Source: Chlorokybus atmophyticus
Lineage: Eukaryota; Plantae; Mesostigma and Chlorokybus algae
NCBI GenBank assembly: GCA_009103225.1
Contig: RHPI01003330.1
Location: forward strand, 648,730 to 712,729
Reading direction: 5' to 3'
DNA length: 64,000 nucleotides
The notes under the pieces were generated by a model. That model saw only the letters and a program-made list of their open reading frames with translations, searched no databases and had not been told where the DNA came from. Positions 39,350-53,588 of this stretch are shown here, piece by piece. Position numbers and translations under genes: made by a program. Numbering within the stretch: position 1 is the first letter of the stretch; each line of letters opens with the position of its first letter.

Positions 39350-41908
39350 ATGGCAAGCTGGATAGCCATTACGCAAGGCATGGCTGTTGTCAGCGCCAGC
39401 AGCATCCACATTCTCCTCTGCTGCGGCGGCGGCGTGCGAGGCGTTAGCTTGAGGCAGCAGCTCGCATCACCAACGCAAGCTGCAGCTGGCGGCGGCGGCA
39501 ACCGAGCAGCCTGCTTGAAGCTTCAGCGCAGCAGCAGCAGGCGCACTTGTTTCTGCCGGCCGCCGGCAGCAGCAGCTTCTTCTTCAGCTCAGCAGCAGGC
39601 GGCAGCTGCAAGCATGGAACCAAATGGTAAGTCCCCACACTTCGACGACTAAAATGCTCACTGCACAGGGTTGCTGGCGTGCATTCCACTCTGTGAGGAA
39701 CGTGCGAGTACCTAGTATTTGCAACGCGTCACAATGCTGCAGTGAACGTGTGTGGGATGCTTCGCCTTGTTCTTTTCATTAAAGTGTGACGGAACCCTCT
39801 CTGTCTGCAGGCTCGGACCAGCTGGATCGGTGCTTGGAAGTGGCTGTGGCCGCAGCGCAGCAAGCTGGAGAGGTTGCATGCTGTGCATGTTGTGCATGCT
39901 TGTGAACGTTTATTAGCACTTGTGTAACTGGCATTACAAGTGCTACCGTAACCCATCTTTGCAAGCACATGCGCAATACAATAATGTGATTGTTCGGTAT
40001 CACTGATGCATTGCATCAGTACTATCACACATCTCACGCTACTACATGTTCGTGCATCGAATGTTTTGTTTTGGCTGAGTTTCGTGCTTGGTTGTCTCGA
40101 CAGGTCATTGCCAAGGCGTTCAATGCAGCGAAAAGAGTGGAAGAAAAGGCCTCCAACGTACTGACTTGATAGCTACATTCTTGGAAGCACACTACACATA
40201 TATTGGTAGTCATAACCAACACTGAGACTCTCCATAGGTGGACCTGGTGACAGAGACGGACCAGCAATGTGAGACGCTCGTGCGCAAGACTCTCAGCGAC
40301 GCCTTCCCAGACTTCGAGGTGAACAGAACTGTGCTGAACTGAACTGGACTGAACTGAATCAGACTGTTCCCTGTGCCTTTTCCCGGTTCCTGAATTCGCA
40401 TCACATGAAAGCTGTACCAGTTTTTAAACATTTCAAATTCCTAATATATATAAAGGTTGCATTGATGGTGGTTGCATGCTCATGGCAACGTTGTGTGTCA
40501 TGTGCGTAGTTCATTGGGGAAGAGGAGTCGTCTAAAGGGGGGTTCACCTTGACTGATAAACCCACATGGATGGTGGATCCCCTGGACGGCACGACTAACT
40601 TTGTTCACAGGTGGGGACAGAAACATGTGCACACATATCCGCGCGAAAGTTCTGAAAGGTAGTCGCTGTAAATAAACGCAGTCTGAGTTGAGCGTCCTGC
40701 AGGTTTCCGTTTGTCTGCGTGTCTATTGGCCTGGCCATCAGCAAGAAGGCGGTGGTTGGTGTTGTCTACAATCCCATAATGAACGAGGTACCTCCTGGTA
40801 CCCCGCAAGCTTGATGACTTGAGTCGTGAGGGTCACACGTGTCAGAGAAACAACTTGGCCTTTTGCGCAGCTGTTTACCGCTGTCAGAGGCAAGGGAGCT
40901 TTCCTGAATGGGCAGCCTATCAAAGGTAGGTGTCATGAAGACGCTGTTATTTGTGCCCATTGTGAGTCAACTTCTGTATTTGGCTACAAATGGAAAGCCT
41001 GGCTGAGTGACGATTAGTATAGTAAACAGAGGTTCGATGCGCAGTTTCGGCACAAACAGAGTTGGGCAGAGCACTGGTGGCCACTGAGGTGGGAGTAGTA
41101 AAGCTTTAATGTTGATGATGCATCTATTTTCACGCACTAGTGCGAGTAACTTAGAAACACCTCTGATGCAGATTGGCATCGTGCGCGATGAAGCAGCGAT
41201 CACCGCAACCACCAACAGGATCAAGGCGTTGATGCTGAATGTAAGGGCCTGAGTGGTGGTCTCATGCATGCTGTTGTGTTAATTGCTGCATCAGTCACCT
41301 TACATCCTGGCCAATACCTTGCAGGCGCGCTCGATCAGGTGCGCCGGTTCTTGCGCGCTCAACCTCTCTGGCATTGCGTGCGGGAGGCTTGATGCGTACT
41401 ACGAGTTTGGCATTGGAGGGCCTTGGTAAGGAGGATATTTATTGCAGCCATAGCATGCAACCCCCAAAGCGCGCTACAAACATGCATGCGCGCGTTGAAG
41501 CGCTCACACATGCACTCATGCATGCTCATACGCGCACGCATGGGCACACATACACATGGCAACCACCAGCATGTACGTGCAACGGACATTTCACTGGGCT
41601 TGGTGTTGCAATAACACAATTGGCAATCTCTTGTAAACTGCAAAGATGCTCTGCTGCAGGGATGCAGCTGCGGGCGCAGTCATACTGACGGAGGCGGGCG
41701 GTGATGTCATTGACCCGTAAGTTGTGAGAACCTTTCAATCGATTCAGACCTTTCACATGGAAAGGCATGCCCATAGACTAACTCGACTCTCTTGTGCAGT
41801 GCAACCGGTGGCAAGTTTGACTTGCTTGCCAGGCGGGTGTTGGGAAGCAATGGGCAGCTGTCGCAGCAGCTTTACAGCGCACTACAATCTGCCGAGCTGA
41901 AGCAGTAG
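39350..41908 (+). CDS. Inositol monophosphatase (IMPA/VTC4-like) with possible N-terminal targeting extension
   Basis: '[11 protein letters not shown]', 'FIGEE', '[14 protein letters not shown]', '[14 protein letters not shown]', '[27 protein letters not shown]|DAAAG'. Confidence 0.93.
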
Positions 41909-41999
41909 TGACCATTAAAAATCTAGTGCATTTAGTGCGTTTCAGTCATCGTTGATTTGCAGCGACGGTTGCCATTCTTTACCTCATCAACATTTTTAT

Positions 42000-44702
42000 G
42001 TTGAGCTGCCTCCTTGGCAGTCTCATCGCATGCTGTCATGGTTGCCAGCCACACTGCAGAGCACAGCAGAAGGAGGTATATGTCAGTAGAACCAACTGCA
42101 TAACCTGGCACACAATCATGAAATACATGCATTCAACACATGTGGGCGTTGCCGTTTGTTTGGGTACTGTTGTGGCTTTCAAGTGACGGCACCTGAACAA
42201 GATGTAGTTGTCGGATGGCAGGAGCAACAATGCGTAGTCGTTTTCTCCAGTAAAGGCGAAGCCATGCTCAGCTCGGTGCCAGGAGACCTGTATGCATGCA
42301 CGATGCTAAGGCGTTGCCACAGTGACAACATGTTTGCATCAAGGGGCAAACCACACGCACAGGTGAGTCCGCAAAGCCCCACACGCTCACGACCGCCCAC
42401 GGAAGCTGTTTGGAGGCCACAGTGCTCCTTGCAAAATCTATGGCTGCCAGCACCTGCAAGTGGATGTTGTTTGCTTTTGTGTTGGTGGCACAGTAAATGT
42501 GGACAACACCAACAACTATGTGCAGCTACCTGTGCAGGGGCCAGCATGCCCGTCCATCGTGCAGCTACAGTGCTGCTCGCACTTGTGTCATCAGAATGTG
42601 GTGCTGTGTTGGGCACACTTGCGTCAACTTGTGTTGACGACCATGGCCATGCCTTAGTGTTATCCCGTTCCCATCCGCGCAGCATTGGCAACGAAGGCAG
42701 CGGGGATGCAGGCGTTTGTGACACAACAGACACCTGTCTGTAAGGCAATGTTCAAACACAAGCATGAGGCGTTTGACCAAGAATCATATTATGAGATGAA
42801 GACAACGTACCCTACTATGCCGGATGACACTGCTCCAATCCAGTCCAGTGCGGCGGATAAACATTCAGGTGCCAGTAATGATGATGCTCGCGTGTTGCCG
42901 CGTGACAAGTGTATGTGTGCGTCTGGCTGACATGTGGGTGATGATGGCTGCTGCTGTCTACCCAAGCCGAGGTGTATGCTGTCCGCTCTCAGGGGCGGTG
43001 GAGGCACGCTGTCCAGTCTTCTGATAAGCATTGATACTGGCTGTATTGAGTGAGGGACGCCAGGTGGCCATGCGATGTTTGTTGGTTTGCCATCTGTTTG
43101 AGCGTACACACAGGCATTTTAAGTCCCACACATTCGTTGCTCGCTAACAGCAGCATGCATGCAGTGCAGTTCAGTCTGCTAAGTCTTCGAACCATCACCT
43201 TCAGTGTACACGCACCGCAAGGACAAAGGTGTGTTCATGCGCGCGTCCAGTCGGCTCTGTACCTGCATGTTGTGAAGGCATGGTGTCAAGCCAGTGTCAA
43301 GGAAAGGCACTGCATGCACATGTACCTAGCAATCAGGATGGCATACCCGATCATAGTATTGGTACCCAGGGGCAAAGGTTTTGTGCGCCAAGTCTACTGA
43401 AATATCTGTCACAAAAAGTTGTCAAGGCAGCAAGTTGCCCGAGAAGTGTGTAGTAACAAGCACACAAGTCAAGAGCACGCGCACTGACATGCACACGCAG
43501 AACTTACTGTATCGCTGTCGCTCACAATGCAAAGACGCGGTGCCTGCACCAAAGACCGGTATATTTGCCGCCCTGTCTATTTCATGCTGCATAGGGGCAC
43601 TGCAAGAAACGATGACGCCTGATATGATACTGCTTAAACACCTCTTGTGCAACTCACCCACTAGCCCCAGCGATTCATACGTCTCTTTAGTCGCTGCTAT
43701 GTGCATGTGACCTATCAACATTGCATGCGCAAATGCCAACTTGTTTTGGAAAACATTTCAAGATAGCGCAGCAACGTTACTTGTTACAGCAACGCACCTT
43801 ACCATTCGCAATTGCGACAGCATCCGTGCGGTCTATCGGTGTCGAGGTAGACAACGCATACAACTGACCTGTGTACAAGAATGTAAGAGGCATCAAGCGT
43901 GAGAAGGTGTTATTGAATCGACACCATGACATGATGCGTGCAGTGCATTGACATTGCATTGAAAAATCGTACCACTGGCCTTGATGTGTCTGTGCAAGAA
44001 ACCAATGTCCAAAATTTCTGTTAATGGCGCGCGTGCAATGCTGAAGTGCAAGTCCTTTACACCGAACACTGCCTCTGTCGTTGGCAATTCAGCTGCCTGT
44101 TGAAATCCGCTGTCAACGTGAGCCACAGCAAGCATGTGTGCCATGCATGCAACTCTACAGCCTCCAACGAAATGCAACTGGCAGCTCGCAATGCACTCCA
44201 ACATAGGCGCTCCACCGAGCCACTTGAGCTTCTGCACAACTACCAGCTACAGCGAACCAACAAGTGAGGCCAAGTATGGTACAACCACATCAACAACACA
44301 GAACTGCGCGTGTGCCATGCATGCAATCTCACAGCCTTCAACACACATTTGCACTTGCTCGCAGAGCACTTCAACACCGGTGATCCAACGAGCCACTTGA
44401 ACTACTGCACGACAACCAGCAACAGTGAACCAACAAGTGAGGTTTCCAAGTATGCAACAATCACAGCGACAACACACAACTGCGCGCACCCACTGACACA
44501 CCACGACATGCATGTTCCATGCCTGCGGCGTGCCGTCAAGCACAGGCAGTATCAGCTCCAAGGCGTGGTTGAAGGGGTGACCGCAGACAAGCTCGCCCAG
44601 CTTGGAGTTGGGGTGGTCGAATGCGCTAGCGCGCGCCACCACCTTGGGCGCCGGTAGCACGGGAGGGCGCACGACTTTGCGCCGGCGCTTGGCATTCTTC
44701 AT
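42000..44702 (-). CDS. RPP40: Ribonuclease P/MRP protein subunit p40 homologue; 3' end approximate
   Basis: Exon peptides align by eye with animal RPP40: 'SAFDHPNSKLGELVCGHPFNHALELILP', 'PLTEILDIGFLHRHIKASG|QLYALSTSTPIDRTDAVAIANG|HMHIAATKETYESLGLVG', 'PWAVVSVWGFADSP|VSWHRAEHGFAFTGENDYALLLLPSDNYILF'. Confidence 0.8.
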
Positions 44703-45215
44703 CTCTTCACCACCGCAATTCACCAACCAGCAGTAGCATCAGCTGAAGCTAAGAGGGTGGTGTAGCTTCAGCAGAGGCTAGGCCAAGCCACTGCTGCAGC
44801 TACTATTGTTACTTGAAGCTCTTAAAGCTCTCGCTCCGAGCCAGCTGTTGCTAAGACGCTTCTTGTCAGAAAGCCGAGCCCATATCATTTCGCTCAACTA
44901 GCGTCCATCAAGCCTGCTGCCCAAGTACTGACTGGACCGCTACGGCGGCCGCCGCCGCCGCCGCCACCGCCACTGTCATGCATGCGCCGCTAGCGAGCAA
45001 CGCACCAGCTGCAGCAATTCTGCAAGCATGCGCAATCGAGTTCAGCGGATCCGGACGGTCAGGAGCCAGGTCGACTATGGATATAGCTTGTACGAACTGC
45101 GGATATCGGTGATGTTAAAGAGGATATAGCAATATCTCCAAGCTGGCACAAAGTGTGCATAAAACTTAGAATCTCTGGCTGGAAGATTCAGCAGCAGTCT
45201 GAGCCTAGCTGTGGG

Positions 45216-48200
45216 ATGCTGGCGGCGGCGGGCAGGGCGGCGGGGCGGCGGGCGGGCGGGGCGGCTGTGGGGGCAGCGTCTGCAGCGTTCGCAGGGGTAG
45301 CTTACCGTGAGGGTTGGCGCCGCTGGTCTGTTACTTCTGTTGGGACGACTGCGGCTGTTGCGCTGCTCGCCGGGTGCGGAGGGGTCGCCGCTGCGCAGGT
45401 ATCAAGCAGCTTGCTTGTTGAGGGCGAAGTGCGCAGACAGTGTGCTGCACTGCGGTTGCATTCACTTGCCTGCTTCGACGGCTGTTTAGTACATCACCGT
45501 ATAATATCACCCTATAACCCCGTCAGCAACACAGCTGCATGTGCTCCGTTTTTTCTTCTGCAAATCATTACATGAACTGTGTACACATCCTAAACCTTAC
45601 TTCTTGTAATGTTTTGAGTGGATTTGCTCTAGCCCAGTAGCGTTAGGTGGTTGTTCCCTAGAGATAAGGTGGACAGATGGCATGCGCGGTTGTGTTGCAT
45701 GCCAGTGGTTGTGAGCTGCTTGCTGCTCTGTTGCTGGTTGCGTGCTGCACGCTTGACGTAACACTCTAGGCGCATATGAAAGTTGTGCTTGTACCATCTA
45801 TCCTCACAAACCACATGCATTCAGCATTCCCATGAATTATACAGTTATAGGACATTGGCATATGCTCGTTATGTTTGGTTGCTAGGGCTTGGCTTGCATG
45901 CTGGCAAGGCCAGTTGAGCATTGCGGTTGGTCTCAGGCTGTCACAGTGGTGGATGAGCCAAAGTTTGTGGTACAAGTTTCTGTTCCTGATTGGGCATGGG
46001 AGCGGACGCAAGGGTTGTCCAGAAGTGTGCGCGCAGTCCATGCATTCGCCTTCTGCACGCAAGATTATAAGCTGACCCTGCGAGGAGTTGACAAGGACTC
46101 GTCAGAATATCGCACTCTGCGGTCTCAGTGCCACCAGCGGTATGTTACTCCTTGTGAAGCAATGCATCAGCACTGAGTATGTGCTGAATTTCCAATGCTG
46201 CGCACATTTGAGCTTCCATTTGTGGAGTGTCGGGTCTGTGCGCAGTCTCCATAACTTTCAATTAGGTGTGCAGATCGCCTGCTGGGGTTGTGCCAGGCCA
46301 ATGGAGGCATCTATGTCAAGGCAGGGCAATTTCTGGCGTCCATATCAGGAATGCCGAATGAATATGTCAAGACATTGTCTGTCTTGCAAGATAAGGTACA
46401 GGTTGATAAGGGAGTCGTCCCTGTTTTTTAAGTTGTTTAAGATTTCTAAGTACAACTTCCCCACACAATGTGCACCTGTCTAAGAAGTATGTGGCCTTGC
46501 CCGTGGTTTTCAGGCTCCGTTCAGACCTTTTGAAGAGATGGATACTGTCTTTAGGAAAGAATTCAACTGTAGTGCAGTAGATATGTATGCAGAGTTTGAT
46601 CGAGTTCCCATTGCTGCTGCGAGCTTAGCCCAGGTGCATCGAGCGAAAACCTTTTCTGGTAGGCTTGCCTGTTTCTGCAGTGTTGCATGTGCGTGTGCGG
46701 TTTCTGAGGTGGTGCTTGCGTGACATATGTCTCGCAGGTGATGAGGTGGCTGTCAAGATACAGTACCCACGTATGGACATCAAGTTCAACCTAGATGTCG
46801 GCACCATGAGCAAGCTCGCACACGCCGTCGAGTGGCTATTCCCTTTGTACCGGTGTGCGTGGATTGTGCCGGAGTTTGAGAGCTTTCTCAACCGGGAGTT
46901 GAACTTTGTTGAAGAAGGCCGCAACGCCGAGAAGGTGGCAGCAAACTTCAAAGACAGGCCTGAAGTCCAGGTGCCACGCATCCATTGGCCCCTCACCACG
47001 TCCACGGTGCTCACCATGCAGTACATGGAGGGCATCAAGATCACGGATAGGGAAACCATTGAGAAATATGGTATCGATAAGGAGAAGGTGGTTGATCCTC
47101 ACGTTTGTACTACTGTTTGAGACATGTGCAGTTGCTGGGTGATTTTCTTGGTGTTGCAATGGTAACTGTGCTTGTGCTTGCAGGCCTGCAAGCTGCTCGC
47201 AACGGTGTTTGCTGAGATGGTGTATTGCCATGCATTTGTCCATGGAGACCCTCATGTAAGTTTGTGTTTATACAGCGGTAGGGTAGTTGTTCACTACTGC
47301 TGCTTGTATGCACGTATGCTTACAGTCTTTGCTGTGACAGCCTGGAAACATTCTGGTGCGCAAGTCTTCAAACAATGCCCACGGCATGGAAATTGGTAAG
47401 TGTGGCATCAACGTCCGTTCAAGCTTGGGCATAAAACGCACTGCAACTCGAAGCGATGCCAAGCGTTGCCGCTTAATCGCCTTGTCACAGTGCTACTAGA
47501 CCATGGATTATACTTCACGCTTTCAAACGAGTTCCGAAGAATGTACTGCCAACTGTGGAAGTCAATCATATTGCGGGACCAGGCCACATTGAGTAAATTG
47601 AGCCGAGGTATGGGAGTCAAGCCCGAGTACGAGAAGTTTCTTCCCTTGATCTTTACCGCAAGAATGCAGGACAGGTACAGGTTTGCACGAACATAATCAG
47701 TAACTTTGTGGTGTTGATAGTACTCTTCACCGCTTGCGTGATTAATCAACACATTGCACTGCAGCAAAGCTGCTTTGGGCCAGAGCATGTCGAAAGAAGA
47801 ACGCGATCGTTTGAGAGAGGAGACAAAGGACTTCACTCTGGCAGACATGAGTGTTTTTGTAGAGCAGCTCCCCCGTGAACTCCTTCAGGTCATTCGCACC
47901 AAGTAAGTTGTGCTAGTGACACCTACCCAAGCTTGGGTGTGCAAGAAACGCTGTTCGGTAGTCATGTAGCTTCGACTGCACAGCCACAATCAATCCAACT
48001 ACTAACATGTGTTTGTGTGCAGTGGTCTGTTGAGGTCAATCAACCGCCAGCTGGGCGTCAGCGACCGCCATCGACTCTTTGTTAATGCACACTACGCAGT
48101 CAAAGGCTTTGCATACGCCAAGTACAACTGCGTGGACACATACCTTCCTCCGACTGCGCGGGCGGCTGTTTGGGCGCAGCAGCAGTACTTGTCTTTGAGA

Positions 48201-48630
48201 CTACGTAAGTTTGCAGCTGATGATTGCCCGCGTTGTCAATACGGGAGATGCCTCACTAACACAAGTTGTATTTCCAGACGTGATGGAGCTTGCACTGAAG
48301 GTGTATGCGATGTCTTCGGCAGCCAGCGAGTGGATGTCTAGTCTAGTCCATTATTGGTTTCACAGTCGGACGCTTCCCAGCTCTTGATTGATTGTTGTTA
48401 GTTTAGGCGCCATGTTAGCATTGTACCATTGTCATTGTCTGCATGCAGTCGTATCATTGATGTTGTGAGATTGCCGCCGCCTGATGTTTTCCTAATGCAT
48501 GCTGCACTGTAAAGCCAGCAGTGAAATGTATTTGCAGGTGCTAACGCGTCGCGTGGCTCCCTTACATGCTGTCCTGGTCGCACAGCCTCATGGACTTGCA
48601 ACAATGTCCTGCTACTTGTGTTGAAGTTGC
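45216..48630 (+). CDS. ABC1/UbiB atypical protein kinase (ADCK1/5-like); 3' end approximate
   Basis: 'NGGIYVKAGQFL', 'PIAAASLAQVHRA', 'VAVKIQYP', 'ELNFVEEGRN', 'FVHGDPH|PGN', 'LLDHGLY'. Confidence 0.93.
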
Positions 48631-49907
48631 TGAGTGTAGCATGTCACATAGTATTTACGGTTCAAAACATGTAACAATAGAGCTGCTAGAAAGCGTGCTC
48701 AAGGGGCCAGATGTGTTGCACACCAATACAATCAATGCATGCAAGCACATGCGCACAAGCACACGTGAGCAAACCCAAGCATGCACGCACTGCAGGTTCA
48801 ATGAGACACAGCGTCAGTCACACACACGCAGCCTCACCACGCATGCCCAAGCCAGGCGCGCTCAGCTAGTATGTGACCTACCTAACGCTCACCGTTCCCA
48901 CAAGCACGTACAATAGCGCACTGAGCAGCTGCATGTGTTGCAAGTCACAAGCAACAGCAAGCAGGCGGTGATGGATTGGGTGGGGGCCGAGGCAGAGCTA
49001 ATACGTAACCTAGACCTCCTGGACCTAGACACTAAGACCCTCAAACACAAGCAGTGGGGCAGGGCAGTGCCGGGGCAGCAAGGATCAACCACCTGCAGAG
49101 AGCAGGGAGAGCGCAAAGGATAGGTGAGGCGGTGTTGGTGGTGGTGTTGGCATGCACGCCGACGATGGTGTTGACGACCACGACGACTGCGAGGCCCCCT
49201 GCGCTGGACTGCCGGCCGCCATCGCCCTTCACTTCGCTTCTTGTCTTACCGGCCGCAGCATGCGCTACCAGCTTAAGACCCGCGACGGAGCCGTTGGTGA
49301 AACGACTGCAGGGCAACAGAACGCGTGCAACTGCCGTAGCACTCAGGCAGCCTCAGGCAACCAGCAGCAGCCATGCACAACCACAACAGCCAGAACCACC
49401 ACCAAGCACATCATAGCAGCATGTGACTTGTGACATACATATGACAACTGGAGATTGCTGGCTTTGCGTGTTGGTGTTGAATTGATTGTGGCTCGCTACG
49501 TGAAGGTCAACACATTCTGCTCCAGCTCAACTCAGTGATGGTTAGTGCAGATTATGTAGCGCATCCACACAGTCTGCACCTTCATCACTGCACACATGTT
49601 GCACTGTACTCTCTTGTGTACAAGAGATATGACATGTTGTGCATGCAAATGTTATCATCCTTGTTCACATGTAACGCATGCATGCACACAGCTGAACTAG
49701 TCGTTGGAAGATTGCACACCAAGTGCTCTTCCCGCACATTCTATAGGACATGTTATAAAACATGTTATGAAACAGCATTCAGCTGCTGAAACATTATAGA
49801 ACACCACCCACTCTATACATACTGAGGCCTGACTGCGATATATACAATACCAAACGTCAATGGAACAGGCGTCGCAGCACTCAGATTAATCCACCACCGG
49901 TTTGTTA

Positions 49908-51525
49908 CTACGACTTGGCTTTGGCCGCAACAAACACTGAACCCTTGTCGCCTCTGCTGATGCGCAAGTCATCGTCCAAGTACGTCGTGTCGATCCATCT
50001 GCAAATAAAACCACACACATGAACAAGCACAGGCAATGTGGTGCACAGGCGGTAGTGGTGGTAGAACCAGCGTGCATGCGCCGGGTAATAAAGCTTACCC
50101 CTTTGGACTGATCCAGTTGAGAGGTAGTGACAAGTTCAGCCATCCCAACTTGATGGAGAATGACAAAAATGTGACCAAGCATCTTATGGTGGGGTCTCCT
50201 GGTGCAACTTCAGCACTGCCGTTAATCGACAAAGTCCCTAACAACCAAACAATGTTCATGACAGTAACAATCAACGTGCTTTATAAACTACGTAAGCACC
50301 ACGAAAGAGACTCGTACCTGGCTTGCCTCCAAAGGTGAACTCTGCAATGTTGGACACTTTGCCTGCATCTGCGTCTATCACCTGCGAAAGCAACATAAAG
50401 CACGCTAACAGCGGACTAGACCAGACTCCAATTGACTCAATGCGCACCTGTGTAATGCTCCGCTCTTTCACTTCGGCCGGGCCTTTCGACAGTGCTCTGA
50501 ACCGCGCAAGAAACGGACCCTCGAGTCGCCCCGCAACATTCTCAGTCTCCGCTGCACACAACAGGCCAGCATACAAGGTTGATAAACCACAGCAAACCAC
50601 AGCCTCCAGTACTTGCGCAGGGAAAAACAATATGGCATCTTGCAGTGCACGGTGAGTTGTGCATGTGTACCTTTTGTGGGTGCAGTGTAAAGGAGTGACC
50701 ACTTCCCGCCGAGCCGCGGGTCCTTAGCGGTGTCTCGCGTGGGGTTCTCGGCCTCAAGCTCCTGCGTTCAGCGTAGATGATGACCTCCAGCTGAACAGTG
50801 ACAATGATACACAAACACATTGAGCTGCTTCCACTACAGCATGCGTGTGACTCTTGTTGTGCTCAGTCTGTCTACTGTACTTGTTAAAATGATGACTCTT
50901 GTTCATCTGGTTTGTGCCCAGTGACGTAGAGTTGTCTTTTACAACAATTACGAAACTCACCTCAATGAGCCTCAGGATGGGTGCACGCTCTTCAGGTGGT
51001 AGGTTACTCTGCACACGCACATGAGCTCAGTTCCTAGACTTCTCAGCAAATAATACAAGAACCCCCAAAAAATCAAGAACAGCAACGGAGCCTCACCAAG
51101 CTCTGCAGTAACAGCAGATACTGCTGCTGTAAAATAATGACTTGTTTGTAAGCGTGTACGCTTGAAGCAACATAATCCCACTGCGCACTAGTCTTGCTGT
51201 GCAAAGCAGCACAGCGTAGCAACAAGCCCCAAACCCCAGCAAAACGTACCCTTGCATGCATTCTTGCATGCATGCAAGCATGCAGTTACATATCCACACG
51301 TACCCCAGACCGCTTCGCACGAGCCACAGCCCGGACCAGCGCCGCCTTCTTCTCCTGCACAGACGCTGAGGCGCGGCTGCTGCTGCTGGCTGCTGAACAG
51401 CGTACTAGTGTAGTTCGCGTGCGTAACTGTGATCGTCGTGTTACAGGTACTGCAACGGGAGCGCTGCTCCATGATGTTGACAAAGACGCCGCCGCCACCG
51501 CCGCGGACACCAAAGAGCTCGCCAT
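49908..51525 (-). CDS. Plastid fibrillin / PAP (plastid lipid-associated protein) with transit-peptide-like N-terminus
   Basis: Ser/Ala/Arg-rich N-terminus '[21 protein letters not shown]', then '[11 protein letters not shown]|ELEAENPT...[10 protein letters not shown]', 'ITQ|VID...VSNIAEF', '[24 protein letters not shown]'. Confidence 0.92.
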
Positions 51526-51979
51526 GTGGCGGTTGCCTCTGCATGTAAGCAGCAGTGAAAGGGCACTGCACCAAGCACTGGATACCCGCAACCGGGCATC
51601 AACACGTCGCCAAGTCCCAAACAGAGCAAGTCCTAGACCAGGGCACAACTTGTAGAAGCTGGTCCTGGAACCCAATGTCGGCGCTTAGCGTATGGATAAG
51701 GTTTAGGGTTGACGTCGACTGCGGCGGCGGTGGTGGTGTGGGCGGCGACGTGGGCGGTGGCAGCGGCGGATCAGCGTCAAGGTAGCGGTAGTACGGATTG
51801 AGGTCAATTGCAAAGCAGGGAACGATTGGCGTAGCGGGCGCTGGCTTGGGTGCCTGCGCGTGTAGAGGAGCGGCGGCTGCGACCGCTGAAGAGGTGGACA
51901 AGGACAAGGATAAGGAGTAGGAGGCGGAGGTGCCGGTGAGGTTGTTGTTTGCCAGGGAGCTGTGGTCGTCGTCTTGGGG

Positions 51980-53588
51980 ATGGGAAGCAGCAGGCGAGAC
52001 GATGGGGTGATGCCGGCGCCGAAGACGGGCAATATCTTTGCGGCGTTGGAGAGGAAGAGCAGGAGGACCTCGGCGGGCGGCAGCGACAGGACGGAGAAGA
52101 AGGACAAGGAGAGAAGCAGCAAGCGGGGTGGCGAGCGTGGCAACAAGTCGGACAAGCACAAGGGCTCCTCCGCCGGCGGCCCTGTCACCGCGGAGGCCGC
52201 CCAGGCCTTCGACGAGAAGTTCTGGAACGCCCCTGCCGCCGCCGCCACCGCCTCCTGGGCTGACGCTGACGACGACGACGACCTCTCCGGCCTCCTCCTG
52301 CCTGCTTGGGACGCCCAGGCCGCTCCTCCTGCGGCCACTGAGCGGCCTGCTGCGCCCTCCGCCGCCGCCGCAGTAGAGGACGCCCAGCACCACGTGCATG
52401 AGGGCTTCAGCGAGGACGAGGCCGATGACGGCGGCGATGAGGCAGAGGATGTCGATGCCGAGGCGGAAGCTGAGGAGGACGAGGCTGAGGTCGAGGAAGT
52501 TGAGGAGGATGAGCCGGAGCCTGCCGCCGCAGCCAGAACAAAGCCAGCACCGCCTCCTGCCGTAGTGCGCCAGGAGCCTGAGCGCCAGCTGTCCAAGAAA
52601 GAGCTGAAGAAGAAGTCCATGGAGGAGCTCAATGCCGTGCTGGCAGAGCTCGGATTGGCTGGTAAGCCCGCCAGCAAGTTTCTTCAATGCCTTTGTGGTG
52701 TCAAAGATCCTGCCACGCTTGTTAGCAGTATGCTGTCTTGATTGTCGCATGCATGACCATTTTCCATTGTAGTGATTCCCTTGATGGTTGTGAAGCGCAT
52801 TCAGTTGGCATGCTTAGCTTGTGTGTGCTCATGCAATTGTTGTTGCATGCGTTGTCAAAATCAGCACTGTGACCAGTCTCAAGTGTGCATTCTCAGTTGA
52901 GTACTTTCTAGCAATGTTTCAAGTTTAAGCTGCCATGCACACTCTACAATGTAAACATACTGGGGCTAGTTTAGTGCGGCTGCGTATTGATCGTGTGCAA
53001 GCCGATTTTGGTGTGCAGTAGTTTTGCTTTTGGCACAGACCATCGTGCATTGCAGACAATGAGGGCGGGCATGTGGACGCGAATGAAGAAGAGGCCCCTG
53101 TTGCTGCGAATGGCGCAGGCGAAACTGATGAGATGAAGCGAAAAAAGGCCGAGAAACGTCGCGCGAAAAAGGAGGCAATGAAAACCACCACTCAAGCCGG
53201 TGGCGGCCAGGTACTGCGTAGTTATCGTGCATCTCGTGTCTGGAAACGCGTTTGAACTTCGCATTGATTGTATGCTGCACGTTTTCTTTTCAGTATGCTT
53301 TGTTGTCGTATTCACAATGTTGTGGGGCAGGTTTCAGAGGGTGTGGAGAGCGACGCAGCTGTTGTATCGGACAGCGGTGCTGCGGATGCGACTGATAGCG
53401 CAGACGGATCCAAGGCAGCTTTGGGTTCTAAGAAGCCGCCACTGAAGAAGCCGCCTGTGCAGAAGAAGGACAAGAAGCAGCTCACCGCAGCGCAGGCCGC
53501 CATTGAGGAGGCCAAGGCGCGCGCCGCCAAAGCCAAGCTCGCGAACAAGAAGGACAAGTCTCATTACAACCAGCAGCCCGTGCGATAG
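51980..53588 (+). CDS. Conserved plant-type charged protein of unknown function ending NQQPVR
   Basis: 'NIFAALERK', 'SWADADDDD', 'ERQLSKKELKKKSMEELNAVLAELG', 'KKDKSHYNQQPVR*' on three exons; the pattern is recalled from a land-plant uncharacterised family. Confidence 0.75.

Noticed and set aside
48900-49530. Small minus-strand exon-like segment ('RFTNGSVAGLKLVAHAAA') with good splice signals downstream of fibrillin
   Set aside because: No start or upstream exon could be supported; it may be UTR splicing or noise.
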